Shown: positions 44,154 to 54,168 of the stretch, piece by piece
Layout: every line of letters begins with the position of its first letter
How positions within the stretch are numbered: position 1 is the stretch's first letter
From: an uncultured Acidobacteriota bacterium
GTDB lineage: Bacteria; Acidobacteriota; Terriglobia; Terriglobales; Acidobacteriaceae
Assembly (NCBI GenBank): GCA_963747105.1
Contig: CAVVEC010000002.1
Coordinates: 219,438-283,437, forward strand
DNA length: 64,000 nucleotides
Reading direction: 5' to 3'
Position numbers and translations under genes: made by a program
Notes under the pieces: model-generated
Database searches by the model: none
What the model was told of the DNA's origin: nothing
What the model saw: the letters and a program-made list of their open reading frames with translations, nothing else

Positions 44154-46625
44154 TTGATTCTCTCTTGGGTTAGGCGCTGGCTTCTGCTGGGTTTGTTACT
44201 GGCTGCCTTTGCTCTTTCGGCTCGCGCCCAGATAGTGGCAGGAAAGGATTCCGGGTCGGTCGCCAAGCACAGCGACGCGGTCGATCCCTACACGCTACAG
44301 CCGGGCGAAGATCCTGAGAACCGCTTGGTTTCGCCTTTTCTGAAGCATCTGGCTGGCGACCAGAAGGAGTTCTGGACCGCTCCGGCGCGCCTTAAGACCA
44401 AAGATCTCAAGTGGATATTGCCGGGAGCCGGAATTACGGCAGCGTTCATCGCCAGCGATAGCTGGTGGGCGAAGCAAGTCAACCCGAGTCACATGCAAAC
44501 CAGTCTGCATATTTCCGATTACACAACTTACGCGATGATCGCAGCCGGCGGCGGGTCGTTTCTGCTGGGGCACATGACGCACAACGATCACTTGCAAGAG
44601 GCTGGTCTGCTGAGTGGCGAGGCTGCGATCAACAGCACTGCCGTGACGTACCTGTTCAAGGAGACGACCCAGAGACAACGTCCGCTAGAAGGCAATCACA
44701 ACGGAAATTTTTTCACGGGCGGGGCCTCATTTCCGTCCGAGCACTCGGCGATTGCCTGGTCCATAGCGAGTGTTTGGGCGCACGAGTATCCTGGTTGGCT
44801 CAGCCAGGCGGGCGCCTACGGTTTGGCTTCCGCCGTGACCATCACCCGCGTAACCGCCCAGCAGCACTTCCCCTCTGACGTCGTCATCGGCAGCGCGCTG
44901 GGCTGGTACTTTGGCCGTCAAGTCTACCGCGCCCACCACGATCCCGAAGTGGGCGGGTCGGGTTGGCGCAACCTGTTCGAGGAAAAGGGCGAATCCTCTC
45001 GCAATCCAAATTACATGGCTTCGCCCTACGTCCCACTCGACAGTTGGATTTACCCAGCGTTGGAGCGTCTTATCGCTTTGGGTTACGTGCAATCCGCGGT
45101 GTTGGGCATGCGTCCCTGGACGCGCATGGAATGTGCCCGTCTTCTGGAAGAAGCCGGAGAGCGACTGGTGAACGCCAACGCTGACGCCGGCCCAGCCTCA
45201 AAGCTTTATGACGCATTGGCCAATGAGTTCCAGACCGAAACCGGCCGGCTAAACGGAGATGTCAACGTGGGTGTGCGTGTGGATTCGGTTTACACGCGAG
45301 CGACGGGGATCTCCGGTACCCCGCTGCGAGACGGATATCATTTTGGGCAAACCCTCGTCAACGATTACGGGCGCCCCTACTGGTCGGGCTTTAATGATGT
45401 CACTGGGGTGAGCGCAGATGCTGAGGTCGGGCCGGTAGCATTTAGTTTTCAGGGGGAGTATCAGCATGCGCCGGCTATGCCGTCGTATCCCGCTTCGGTA
45501 CTGACAGCGACGGCAGCGGCGGATTTTACTCCGCCATCTCCCAACGGCATGGCACAAGCTGATCGGTTTCAGTTGCTGAACAGCACCGTGTCCGTCAACG
45601 TTAATAACGTGCAATTTTCTTTTGGCGAGCAGAGCGAGTGGCTCGGTCCCGGCGAAACAGGCCCGCTCCTGATGAGTGACAACGCCGCACCTTTTCCGGC
45701 CTTCAAGATCGACGATGTTGTGCCACATCGTATTCCAGGGATTTCGCGGGCGCTGGGACCGGTGCGCACGGAGTTCTTCATCGGGCAACTATCCGGGCAG
45801 CGCTGGGAAGCTTGCGTCGTGTCCACATGCGTTCTGGCGGACCAAAACCTGAGTGTTGTCGGGCCTAATGTCAATCCGCAGCCCTTTATCCACGGAGAGA
45901 AGATCAGCTTTCAACCAACCCCGAATCTGGAGTTCGGAATGGGGATAACGGCAATGTTCGGTGGTCCCGGGCTGCCGGTAACGTGGGGCAATTTTCTGCG
46001 CACGTACTATGCGCACTCGACTACGGCGGCCAACAATCCCGGTAAGCGGATTTCGGCTGCTGATTTCACCTATCGGGTTCCGGGCCTAAGGAACTGGCTG
46101 ACCATTTATGGCGATAGTTTGGTCGTCGACGAAGTTTCGCCAATCGGGTCAACGCGCGCAACCGTGAATCCTGGCATATACCTGCCACAAATACCGAAAA
46201 TCCCGAGGTTGGAACTTCGGGCGGAGGGGTTGAACGAGCCGGTGCATCAGGCGTTCTTCCCGGGATTTGTCTACTACGATCTTCGCCGTTATCGGAGCGG
46301 CTATGCGAACGATGGAAATCTCTTAGCGAGTTGGATCGGACGGGAAGGACGCGGCGGGCAGGGCTGGTTGACTTACTGGTTGTCGCCCCGCACCAAATTT
46401 CAGCTGGGCTATCGCCTGCAAGAAGTGGCCCACGCTTTCATCGAGGGTGGCCGGCTCGTGGACTATTCGGGTCAGGGTGAGTTTATGTTGGGTCCGCAGG
46501 TTGCTATTTCAGGTTTCCTGCAGTATGAGCAGTGGAGGTTTCCTGTCTTGAATCAGGCCAGACAATCCGACGTGACGGCGTCATTGCAATTAACGTTCTA
46601 TCCCCATTGGCGCATTGGAAGATGA
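44154..46625 (+). CDS. Fusion protein: N-terminal PAP2 (acid phosphatase/lipid phosphatase) domain + C-terminal Wzi-family capsule-assembly outer-membrane barrel
   Basis: The signal peptide is MILSWVRRWLLLGLLLAAFALSARAQ. PAP2 motifs are KETTQRQRP, SFPSEHS and TAQQHFPSDVVIGS. The Wzi-type signature DSWIYPALERLIALGYVQSAVLGMRPWTRMECARLLEEAG is followed by about 500 aa of beta-strand-rich sequence. Confidence 0.75.
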   Translation: MILSWVRRWLLLGLLLAAFALSARAQIVAGKDSGSVAKHSDAVDPYTLQPGEDPENRLVSPFLKHLAGDQKEFWTAPARLKTKDLKWILPGAGITAAFIASDSWWAKQVNPSHMQTSLHISDYTTYAMIAAGGGSFLLGHMTHNDHLQEAGLLSGEAAINSTAVTYLFKETTQRQRPLEGNHNGNFFTGGASFPSEHSAIAWSIASVWAHEYPGWLSQAGAYGLASAVTITRVTAQQHFPSDVVIGSALGWYFGRQVYRAHHDPEVGGSGWRNLFEEKGESSRNPNYMASPYVPLDSWIYPALERLIALGYVQSAVLGMRPWTRMECARLLEEAGERLVNANADAGPASKLYDALANEFQTETGRLNGDVNVGVRVDSVYTRATGISGTPLRDGYHFGQTLVNDYGRPYWSGFNDVTGVSADAEVGPVAFSFQGEYQHAPAMPSYPASVLTATAAADFTPPSPNGMAQADRFQLLNSTVSVNVNNVQFSFGEQSEWLGPGETGPLLMSDNAAPFPAFKIDDVVPHRIPGISRALGPVRTEFFIGQLSGQRWEACVVSTCVLADQNLSVVGPNVNPQPFIHGEKISFQPTPNLEFGMGITAMFGGPGLPVTWGNFLRTYYAHSTTAANNPGKRISAADFTYRVPGLRNWLTIYGDSLVVDEVSPIGSTRATVNPGIYLPQIPKIPRLELRAEGLNEPVHQAFFPGFVYYDLRRYRSGYANDGNLLASWIGREGRGGQGWLTYWLSPRTKFQLGYRLQEVAHAFIEGGRLVDYSGQGEFMLGPQVAISGFLQYEQWRFPVLNQARQSDVTASLQLTFYPHWRIGR

Positions 46626-48133
46626 CGAAGACTGTACCCATAGATTCCGCGCTTACCGCTGCCCCCGGTATGATGTGTAACAGCAAGGACGGGGAATCGA
46701 GGATTTCGAAGGTGAACCCGCATAAACAGGCCGCTGTTCCAATCATTGACCGCCCGCCCGAATTCGAGCCCGATGCCCAGGGCTACGGCATCACCAGGAG
46801 TAATGGCAGTGAGCCGAAACACATCATTTGGCTGCGACGGCTGTGGGCAGAGCGTCGCTTCTTGGGACGGATTACCATCTACGGGCTCATTTTCACGGCT
46901 CTGGTTTCGCTTGTGTTGCCTCCACGATATCAGTCGGCCACTCGGCTGATGCCGCCCGACGAATCTGGATCCGGTATTGCCATGGCGGCGATGATGGCTG
47001 CCAAGAACAGTTTGGGTTCAATGGGGGGGATGGGAGCGAACCTTGCGGGAGCCGCCAGCGATCTCCTCGGATTGAAAAACTCGACTGCGCTGTTCAGCGA
47101 CATGCTGGGCAGCCGGACCGTGCAAGATCGCATGATTGAGCGGTTCGACCTGCGCAAAGTATACGGCGACCGTTATTGGGTGGATGCGCGCAAAGACCTG
47201 GCCAAGCATACCGACGTAACTGAGGACAGAAAAAGCAACGTGATGACGATCACCGTTACGGACCGGGATCCTCATCGTGCTGAACAGATGGCACAAGCCT
47301 ACGTGGAGGAATTGGATCGAGTGGTGGCACAGGTTTCAACGTCCGCGGCCCGCCGCGAAAGAATATTCATCGAGCAACGCCTTCAAACGGTAAGACAGGA
47401 TCTCGACAAAACCTCCAAAGAGTTCAGTGAATATGAGAGTAAGAATACTGTTCTCGACATGCCCTATCAGGCTAAGGCAATGGTTGAAGCAGCCGCTCAA
47501 TTGCAAGGACAACTGATAGCCGCCCAGTCCGAACTCGATGGCCTTGAGCAGATTTACACTAGTAGCAATGTACGAGTCCGCTCTCTCAGGGCTCGGGTCA
47601 ATGAGCTGAAAAGCCAGTTGGCAAGGATGAGTGGCGCAGCGGAAGGCGGCGACCGCAGTACCGGCTCCGACGAAAGCGCAAGTGATTTGTACCCGTCAAT
47701 CCGTCAGCTTCCACTGCTCGGAGTGCATTGGCTCGATCTTTATCGCGAGGCAAAGATTCAAGAAACGGTTTACGAGTTGCTCACACAGCAGTACGAACTT
47801 GCCAAAATTCAGGAGGCCAAAGAGATTCCTACCGTGAAGGTTCTGGATCCTGCGGATGTTCCGGAAAAACGATCATTCCCGAAGCGGACGCTGATAGTCT
47901 TCCTGGGAACTTTCCTGGCCTTCTCGCTAGGTGTGGTTGTGGTCTTGGGCGCGGCCCGCTGGAGGGAAATTGAGCCGCATGTTCCTGAAAAGCAGTTTGC
48001 GACGGAGATTTGGGTTCATCTCAAAGCACAAATGCAATTGGCAAGAGAGGACGGTTACAATCCGAGGGCCATTGTGCGTCGATTTTGGCGGGGTACAGAC
48101 GACGGCATGTCGCGAGGTGAAAGCGGCGAATGA
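46622..48133 (+). CDS. Polysaccharide co-polymerase (Wzz/GumC-like chain-length determinant) without a tyrosine-kinase domain
   Basis: The ATG overlaps the upstream stop (ATGA). It has an N-terminal TM (ITIYGLIFTALVSLVLPPRYQSATRLMPPD), a long coiled-coil periplasmic region and a C-terminal TM (LIVFLGTFLAFSLGVVVVLGAA). No Walker A box is present. Confidence 0.8.
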   Translation: MTKTVPIDSALTAAPGMMCNSKDGESRISKVNPHKQAAVPIIDRPPEFEPDAQGYGITRSNGSEPKHIIWLRRLWAERRFLGRITIYGLIFTALVSLVLPPRYQSATRLMPPDESGSGIAMAAMMAAKNSLGSMGGMGANLAGAASDLLGLKNSTALFSDMLGSRTVQDRMIERFDLRKVYGDRYWVDARKDLAKHTDVTEDRKSNVMTITVTDRDPHRAEQMAQAYVEELDRVVAQVSTSAARRERIFIEQRLQTVRQDLDKTSKEFSEYESKNTVLDMPYQAKAMVEAAAQLQGQLIAAQSELDGLEQIYTSSNVRVRSLRARVNELKSQLARMSGAAEGGDRSTGSDESASDLYPSIRQLPLLGVHWLDLYREAKIQETVYELLTQQYELAKIQEAKEIPTVKVLDPADVPEKRSFPKRTLIVFLGTFLAFSLGVVVVLGAARWREIEPHVPEKQFATEIWVHLKAQMQLAREDGYNPRAIVRRFWRGTDDGMSRGESGE

Positions 48134-48951
48134 GTACCCGAAGCACCCGAGAAACCTTTCGCACCGGCTTTATCGCGCTACGAAACATTGTCATGGGCAG
48201 CAATCTGCGCTCGCTCAGCAAAATCTCTAGACCCCGCGACCTAGTCCGCTTTTCTACCCAGAGCCTGTTTATCTACGATTCTTTGTTCCGGCACGGACTT
48301 CCGCAAAAAAATGTCCGAGATGTTTTGCCCCACAACAGCAAAGCAGACATAACCCTTTTACTCGATTGCGGGGAGTTCTGGATTAACGAATTGTCATGTT
48401 CCGCCGAGGACATTTTGAGTTTGTGCTTGATCACTCGCTTATTGAAGCCGAAACAAATATTTGAGATCGGGACTCTCCACGGTTACACCGCATTACATTT
48501 TGCGGCCAACGCGCCTGAGGCCACCGTTTACACTCTCGATCTTCCGCCCAACAGTCACGGGGTGCTTCCAACCACGGTTGTTGACGACCAATTGGTAGAA
48601 GATCAGAATGAGGATTTTTTTGGCCGGAGGCCCGAGGCGGCGCGGATCGTGCGTCTGTTCGGCGACAGCGCGACATTTGACTACAGTCCCTTTCGAGGGA
48701 AAACCGATCTCTTCTTCATTGACGGAGCTCACTCCTCCGAGTATGTCCGCAATGACACCCTCAAGGCTATCGAATGCTGCCACGCGGGCAGCGTTATTGC
48801 TTGGCACGACTACGGCAGGCGCGGGGTAAACGGAGTGTCGCCCTGGTTGCATCAGTTCTCAAAGTCTCATTTCCCGGTCTATCGTGTGCCAAGCGGTAGC
48901 TTGGCGTTTGGTGTGGTTCCAGCCGCCAGGCCGGCGCACCACAGCCTGTAA
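48130..48951 (+). CDS. Class I SAM-dependent methyltransferase (Methyltransf_24 / O-methyltransferase-like)
   Basis: IFEIGTLHGYTALHFAANAPEATVYTLDLPP...DLFFIDGAHSSEYVRNDTLKAIE...VIAWHDY. The start overlaps the upstream stop (ATGA). Confidence 0.75.
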   Translation: MSTRSTRETFRTGFIALRNIVMGSNLRSLSKISRPRDLVRFSTQSLFIYDSLFRHGLPQKNVRDVLPHNSKADITLLLDCGEFWINELSCSAEDILSLCLITRLLKPKQIFEIGTLHGYTALHFAANAPEATVYTLDLPPNSHGVLPTTVVDDQLVEDQNEDFFGRRPEAARIVRLFGDSATFDYSPFRGKTDLFFIDGAHSSEYVRNDTLKAIECCHAGSVIAWHDYGRRGVNGVSPWLHQFSKSHFPVYRVPSGSLAFGVVPAARPAHHSL

Positions 48952-49017
48952 ATCGTGCCGTACAGAAATCCGTCGAAGATGAGTGACAGAATGAGTCATT
49001 CTGAGCGCTGCGAAGAC

Positions 49018-49919
49018 ATGACCGTACCGCGGATCGACAATCCGTTGGCGAAGGCTTCCTATACCTGTCAGAGGAGGGCGACAACGGGCCCTCGCGCCTT
49101 ACTGTCTCGCCGTCTGCCCAGTTCATTTAAGCGACAGCTCCGACTTTTGCTCCAGCTTTCGTTAGACGGTGTGGATCTATTGGTCGCCGCCGCCGCGGCG
49201 AGTTGGTTCCTCCCCGGCACTTGAATTTTGTGGGGGATGGTGATTTCGAAGCGACGGGAGACGAGTTCCTCCGATATTTCGTGGACCTCGGCGGCCTCAA
49301 ACCTGACGACCGAGTACTCGATGTGGGCTGTGGAGTTGGACGCATGGCGAGACCACTAACGAAGTATCTGGGGAGGGGAAGTTACGAGGGAATCGACATC
49401 GTTCCACGGGGTATTCAGTGGGCCCAGCGCCATATCACTGGTCGGTACCCAAGCTTTCGCTTCCAACTGGCGGACATTCACAATCTCGCGTACAACCCGA
49501 GCGGAAGGTTCCCGCCAACACGCTATCGATTTCCGTTCAACGACAATGAGTTCGATTTTGTTTTTCTCACGTCCGTCTTCACGCACATGTTAACCCCAGA
49601 CATGCATCACTATTTACGTGAAATCGCTCGTATGCTGCGCCCGGGTGGTAGGTCCCTGATCACGTATTTTCTCCTGAACGACGAGGCTCGCCAACTCAGC
49701 AACGTTGGACTGAGTTCGCTGGATTTCCGCTTCTCCCGGGATGGGTGCCGCGTAGTTGATGATCGCGTTCCGGAGAATGTGGTTGCGTTCGAGGAGGCCG
49801 ACATTCGCGAACTGTATCGCGACCTAGGTTTCAGCGTGGAAACTGTGCGGTATGGTGCTTGGCCTGGCCGAACGGATTACCTCAGCTATCAGGACCTTGT
49901 GGTCGCGCGAAAGAACTGA
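49018..49919 (+). CDS. Class I SAM-dependent methyltransferase; frame change near 49181
   Basis: The N-terminal part ...RRLPSSFKRQLRLLLQLSLDGVDLL continues in the next frame as GRRRRGELVPPRHLNFVGDGDFEATGDEFLRYFVDLGGLKPDDRVLDVGCGVGRMARPL...FDFVFLTSVFTHM. The start codon choice is tentative. Confidence 0.7.
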
Positions 49920-50008
49920 GACCACTGCCGTGTTTCGGATTTAGAACGGACCAAAACCGGCGCCACCCAGGCCCAGATCCACACACAGGCGTTCGCTTCG
50001 AGTCGAAT

Positions 50009-51472
50009 GTGAAGACTGGTCTGTTAGCATCGGTGCCAATTCGGACGACCTGGAGAGACAACGCCCCAGCGCTGGCAGTTGCCCTCGCGGGGGCGATGCT
50101 GGCGGCCTCTCTGTTTTACACGCCCATTCCCTTCGTGGTCTTACTGGCGATACCGGCGTTTTTTTATTTTATTCCGCGGCCCTACGAACTGCTCCTGTTC
50201 ATGGTCTTTTTGATTCCGTTTAACTTTGTATTCACCATCGGGCCGGTTCCGGTCGCGGTAGAACTTCTGAAGATTTTTGCCTGGGTTCCTTTTCTCATCC
50301 ATCGTGCCAATGGCGGGATACGCCTTAAGTCGAGCAGATACAACAAATGGTTTGCAGTTTGGGCCGGAATCCTGTTGTTGTCGGTTCTGCGTTCCAACAA
50401 TCTACCTCTGACAATTAAGGATTCTGTCCGCCTTGGTTCAGACCTGGGGCTATGTTATCTAGTCCTGAATTTGGTGGACAGTCGGGAGAAGATTTTCCAA
50501 GTCTTCCGAGTTTTAACCGTTTCCACCTTTATCGTGGCCTGCTATGGCTTTTACCAATGGGCAATTCAGGATTACGGCGCACTCTTCTGGATTGTCAACG
50601 CTCGTCTAGATACCGGCCTGGCTCCTGGTCGTGACGTTTTCTGGCAGTGGCGTGGTCGCATGATTTCCGTGCTCACCTCCGAGATGGAATTGGGTCATTA
50701 CTTTAATTTGTGCCTGCCGATCGGGGTTGCCCTCTGGCTGACTGAGGGACGTGGCCGTCCCGGCTCTAAATGGTTGTTGATGACCCTGGCTATGTTGACG
50801 GGGCTGTTGCTCACCTTTACTTTCGGGGCGTGGTTAGCTCTGGCAGCCACCACCGCCCTTTTTGTCCTGTTGCTGGATAATAAAAAGAGACGTTGGAAAA
50901 TGCTCCTCGCCGGATCATTGGTCCTTTCGCTCCTCGCCTCGATTTTGATTTTCGGTCCGCTCAGGCCGTTTGTAGAGGGTAAGGCCCTGGGAACCCAGGT
51001 GGGAAGCTTAGCATTCGACGTTGTCACCCGGTTGGATGCCTGGCTGTTTGCCCTGCAGACGTGGTGGTCTCATCCCTGGCTCGGCGTTGGTGTTGGAAGC
51101 TACCAGTTGCTGGAATACAGCCATGAGATTTTCCGCTCCGCCTCGGTTCCCAGCGGCAGTACACCCCAAGAAGCCTACCTGTTTCTCCTGGCGCAGTCGG
51201 GCATCATCGGGCTGGCAAGCATGCTTGTACTTCTGCTGGGCACAATTTGGACTAACGTGAGGATGAAACCGAATCCACGTCTAGGGTTGATAGCTCTGAC
51301 GTTGGCTTTCGCCCTTACGACTGCGATGTTTTCTTCGTTTACCGACAACTCAGCTCTGTTCGGTCCGCATGCTGGCTATCTTTTCTGGCTGCTTGTGGGT
51401 TTAAGCGAGGCAGTTCGTAACTTGGCGGTTGCGGAACCCGAGTTGATCGCCGCGCAACCGAAAATCCGCTAG
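50009..51472 (+). CDS. O-antigen polymerase/ligase family membrane protein (Wzy-like)
   Basis: It has about 11 TM helices and a large loop with ...WWSHPWLGVGVGSYQLL..., typical of the O-antigen ligase/Wzy_C family. A GTG start at 50009 is preferred over the upstream ORF extension that overlaps the methyltransferase. Confidence 0.75.
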   Translation: MKTGLLASVPIRTTWRDNAPALAVALAGAMLAASLFYTPIPFVVLLAIPAFFYFIPRPYELLLFMVFLIPFNFVFTIGPVPVAVELLKIFAWVPFLIHRANGGIRLKSSRYNKWFAVWAGILLLSVLRSNNLPLTIKDSVRLGSDLGLCYLVLNLVDSREKIFQVFRVLTVSTFIVACYGFYQWAIQDYGALFWIVNARLDTGLAPGRDVFWQWRGRMISVLTSEMELGHYFNLCLPIGVALWLTEGRGRPGSKWLLMTLAMLTGLLLTFTFGAWLALAATTALFVLLLDNKKRRWKMLLAGSLVLSLLASILIFGPLRPFVEGKALGTQVGSLAFDVVTRLDAWLFALQTWWSHPWLGVGVGSYQLLEYSHEIFRSASVPSGSTPQEAYLFLLAQSGIIGLASMLVLLLGTIWTNVRMKPNPRLGLIALTLAFALTTAMFSSFTDNSALFGPHAGYLFWLLVGLSEAVRNLAVAEPELIAAQPKIR

Positions 51473-51476
51473 CAAT

Positions 51477-53039
51477 ATGGTACTCAGCGTGGAGGAAAAG
51501 AAGCCGCTTAGCGCCAAGATGATGCGGAACGTGGCTTTTGGCGGATTGCGGGCGCTGGTAGTGGCACCGGTGCCTTTCCTCTTAACTCCGCTGATTCTGA
51601 GCAAGATTGGGAGCCGCGGCTACGGAACGTGGGCTGTTTTTGTCGCCATGAATGGCCTCAGTTCGCTAGCTGATCTGGGACTCTTGGGTACCCTGAGCAA
51701 GTACGTTGCTGAATATTATGCGCATCGAGACATTCCGCGCTTGGACCGCTTGCTGAACACAGGCATTGTGATCTTTACGGCGCTTGCTTCAGTGATCGTT
51801 GCCCTGCTATGGATTGCATCTTCCAAAGCCGTGGGGTGGTTATTTCACGGAAGTACGCTGAGCGCTGGCGAACTCCTGAGTTTATTTCATTGCGCATTGA
51901 TTCTGATATGGGTCAACATCATCACCATTCTCTTATCATCGGTGACTTCGGGGCTGCAGCGTCTTGACCTGACGCATATTATGACGGCATCAAATATCGT
52001 GTGCGCAGCCGTTGGAAGTGCGGCATTGTTGCTCAAGGGTTGGGGGGTGCGCGGCCTTCTCTATGCTAGTCTTGGGTCAGCCTCTTTAACTCTGCTCGCC
52101 TACTGCGGATTGGTTCATTGGCTCTTGCCTCAATTTGTCTTTAATCCGCTTGCTGCGGATGCCCGTGAGGCGAGAAAGATCTTCAAGTTCAGCCTGCAGA
52201 TTTATCTAACCCAGGCTGCGGCAGCGATTCACTTTCAGGCTGAGAAACTGTTGCTGGCGTTGTTTGTAGGTGTCGTGCCGGCAGGATGGTATGACATTGC
52301 CAGCGACGTTGCGCTTAAAGTGCGAGGGGTATCGGTTTTGCTGCTAGGGCCGGTCATGCCAGCCGCTTCGGAATTGGATGCACGGGGTGAGCGGGATAAG
52401 GTCATCGAGCTGTACTATCGGGCACACAAGTACATGGCCTTTGTTGGAGTACCCCTAACCCTTTTCGCGGTGGCGGTGTCCGCCCGCTTTGTAGATCTCT
52501 GGCTCGGATCAAACCTCAGAATCGTAGCGATGCCACTGAGCGTCTTGCTGGTTGTGAACTTTCTAAATGTAACAACTGCACCCGGATACTTGATCTTCGC
52601 GGGTCAGGGCCACTTGCGACCTGGAGTTGACTCCGCCCTCGCCGGAATCGGATTGAATATACCGTTGAGTTTTGCTCTCATTTACTTCTTTGGGTTTGCT
52701 GGTGCCGTCATCGGAAGCTCGGTGTCATTGGTCACGGGAGCCGCATTCTTCATCTACTTATTCCATCGGGACACCCGAACCTCATTTGCGATACTGCTCC
52801 GGGAAGCGTACCTAAAGCCCGTTGCGTGCTCATTAGGACTCTTGATCTTGCTCTTTGTCGCCAGACCAGCAAGCAATCTTTCGTGGATGGGCCTTTTTCT
52901 CCAGGGGCTGATCTTCGGCCTTCTTTACGCAACGTTCCTGCTTTTTGGTAGTTTCTTCGATCAGTATGACTGGAAGAAAATTGAGAGCGTGGTACCGATC
53001 GCGAGACTGGCCAGGAGGATCGTTCCCGTTCCGCAGTGA
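51477..53039 (+). CDS. Oligosaccharide flippase (Wzx-like, MOP superfamily)
   Basis: 520 aa with about 14 TM helices. The N-terminal LRALVVAPVPFLLTPLILSKIGSRGYGTWAVF pattern is typical of polysaccharide biosynthesis/flippase proteins. Confidence 0.8.
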   Translation: MVLSVEEKKPLSAKMMRNVAFGGLRALVVAPVPFLLTPLILSKIGSRGYGTWAVFVAMNGLSSLADLGLLGTLSKYVAEYYAHRDIPRLDRLLNTGIVIFTALASVIVALLWIASSKAVGWLFHGSTLSAGELLSLFHCALILIWVNIITILLSSVTSGLQRLDLTHIMTASNIVCAAVGSAALLLKGWGVRGLLYASLGSASLTLLAYCGLVHWLLPQFVFNPLAADAREARKIFKFSLQIYLTQAAAAIHFQAEKLLLALFVGVVPAGWYDIASDVALKVRGVSVLLLGPVMPAASELDARGERDKVIELYYRAHKYMAFVGVPLTLFAVAVSARFVDLWLGSNLRIVAMPLSVLLVVNFLNVTTAPGYLIFAGQGHLRPGVDSALAGIGLNIPLSFALIYFFGFAGAVIGSSVSLVTGAAFFIYLFHRDTRTSFAILLREAYLKPVACSLGLLILLFVARPASNLSWMGLFLQGLIFGLLYATFLLFGSFFDQYDWKKIESVVPIARLARRIVPVPQ

Positions 53040-53167
53040 GTCTTTTGCAAGGCTGATCAGAGACCATTAAAATCATTGTGTCGGACCACGACTGCGGGAC
53101 TGGCCAGACGAGATATGGGACTGCGAACTTGTTGGCGGTTGTAAAGAGAAACGCGGGCTAAAACGAA

Positions 53168-54116
53168 ATGCCAGAGGATGCTGAGCCGAAGGTTTCGATT
53201 ATTCTCCTGAACCTCAACGGTTACAAGGACACCCGGGATTGCCTCGAGTCGCTCGCACAACTGAAGTACACTAATTTTGATGTGATCGTCGTGGACAACG
53301 GGTCCACGGACGATTCTGCTGGCGCGTCTCGAGAAGGAATTTCCAAGCGCGAAGCTTTTTCGAACTGGGGAGAACTTGGGATTTACGGGAGGAAACAACT
53401 TGGGAACAGAGGGTGCGTTGCGGCAGGGTGCGGATTATGTCCTCTTGCTGAATAACGATACCCTCGTTGACCCCAGTTTCTTGGGCGAATTGGTTCAAGT
53501 CGGGCAGACCGACCCGCAGATCGGAATTTTGGGCCCGAAGATCCTGTATGCATCTGAGCCGGAGCGCATTTGGTATGCGGGGGGTCGTGTGAAGTATGGC
53601 GCTTGTCATCACTTGGGTTTGGACGAGCTTGACCAGGATGGCAAGTTCTCCCGCGTGCAGGACACGGGATTCATCAGTGGATGCGCTTTCCTGGTCAAGG
53701 CCAAAGTGCTTCGAGAAATAGGCCTTTTGGATCCCAAGCTCTTCGTGTATCACGAAGATACGGACTTTTGTATGCGGGCGCGGAACGCCGGTTATCGTTG
53801 TGTCTTCGTGCCGACAGCGCGGGTCTGGCACAAGGTTTCTAGAACCTGTGGCCACGAATCCGCTTTCACACTTTATCTGTCCACCCGAAATCAGTTGGCC
53901 TGGGTCGCCAAACACGTACCGTTCCCTTACAAACCTGCTGCGCTGGCGTTCACATTCACCAAGAAGCTGCTGAAGATGACAATTCTCGCTTCCCGAAGCC
54001 GCACCGCGGCATCCGCAGTGTGGGCGGGAATGTGGGCCTTTCTCCGTGGCGCGTATGGCCCACCCAGAAAAGAAAGACCGGAACGACAGGTTGTTCCGTC
54101 GAACTTGGCCGGCTGA
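53168..54116 (+). CDS. Family 2 glycosyltransferase; frame change near 53325
   Basis: [42 protein letters not shown] continues in the next frame as [26 protein letters not shown]...LLLNNDT...[39 protein letters not shown]. Confidence 0.85.
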
Positions 54117-54125
54117 AAACTTACA

Positions 54126-54164
54126 AAGGATACAAAGTATAAGGATACAAAGTATAAGGATACC
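54126..54164. repeat. 15-bp tandem repeat AAGGATACAAAGTAT x 2.6 in the GT2-GT4 intergenic spacer
   Basis: Units lie at 54126-54140 and 54141-55 (identical), with a partial unit AAGGATACC at 54156-54164. The last AAGGA sits about 8 nt before the ATG at 54169. Confidence 0.9.
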
Positions 54165-54168
54165 AGTG

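Noticed and set aside
54126-54164. Tandem repeat considered as a CRISPR or minisatellite
   Set aside because: It has only 2.6 contiguous units of 15 bp with no spacers, so it is not a CRISPR array. No CRISPR-like repeat-spacer structure was seen anywhere in the window.
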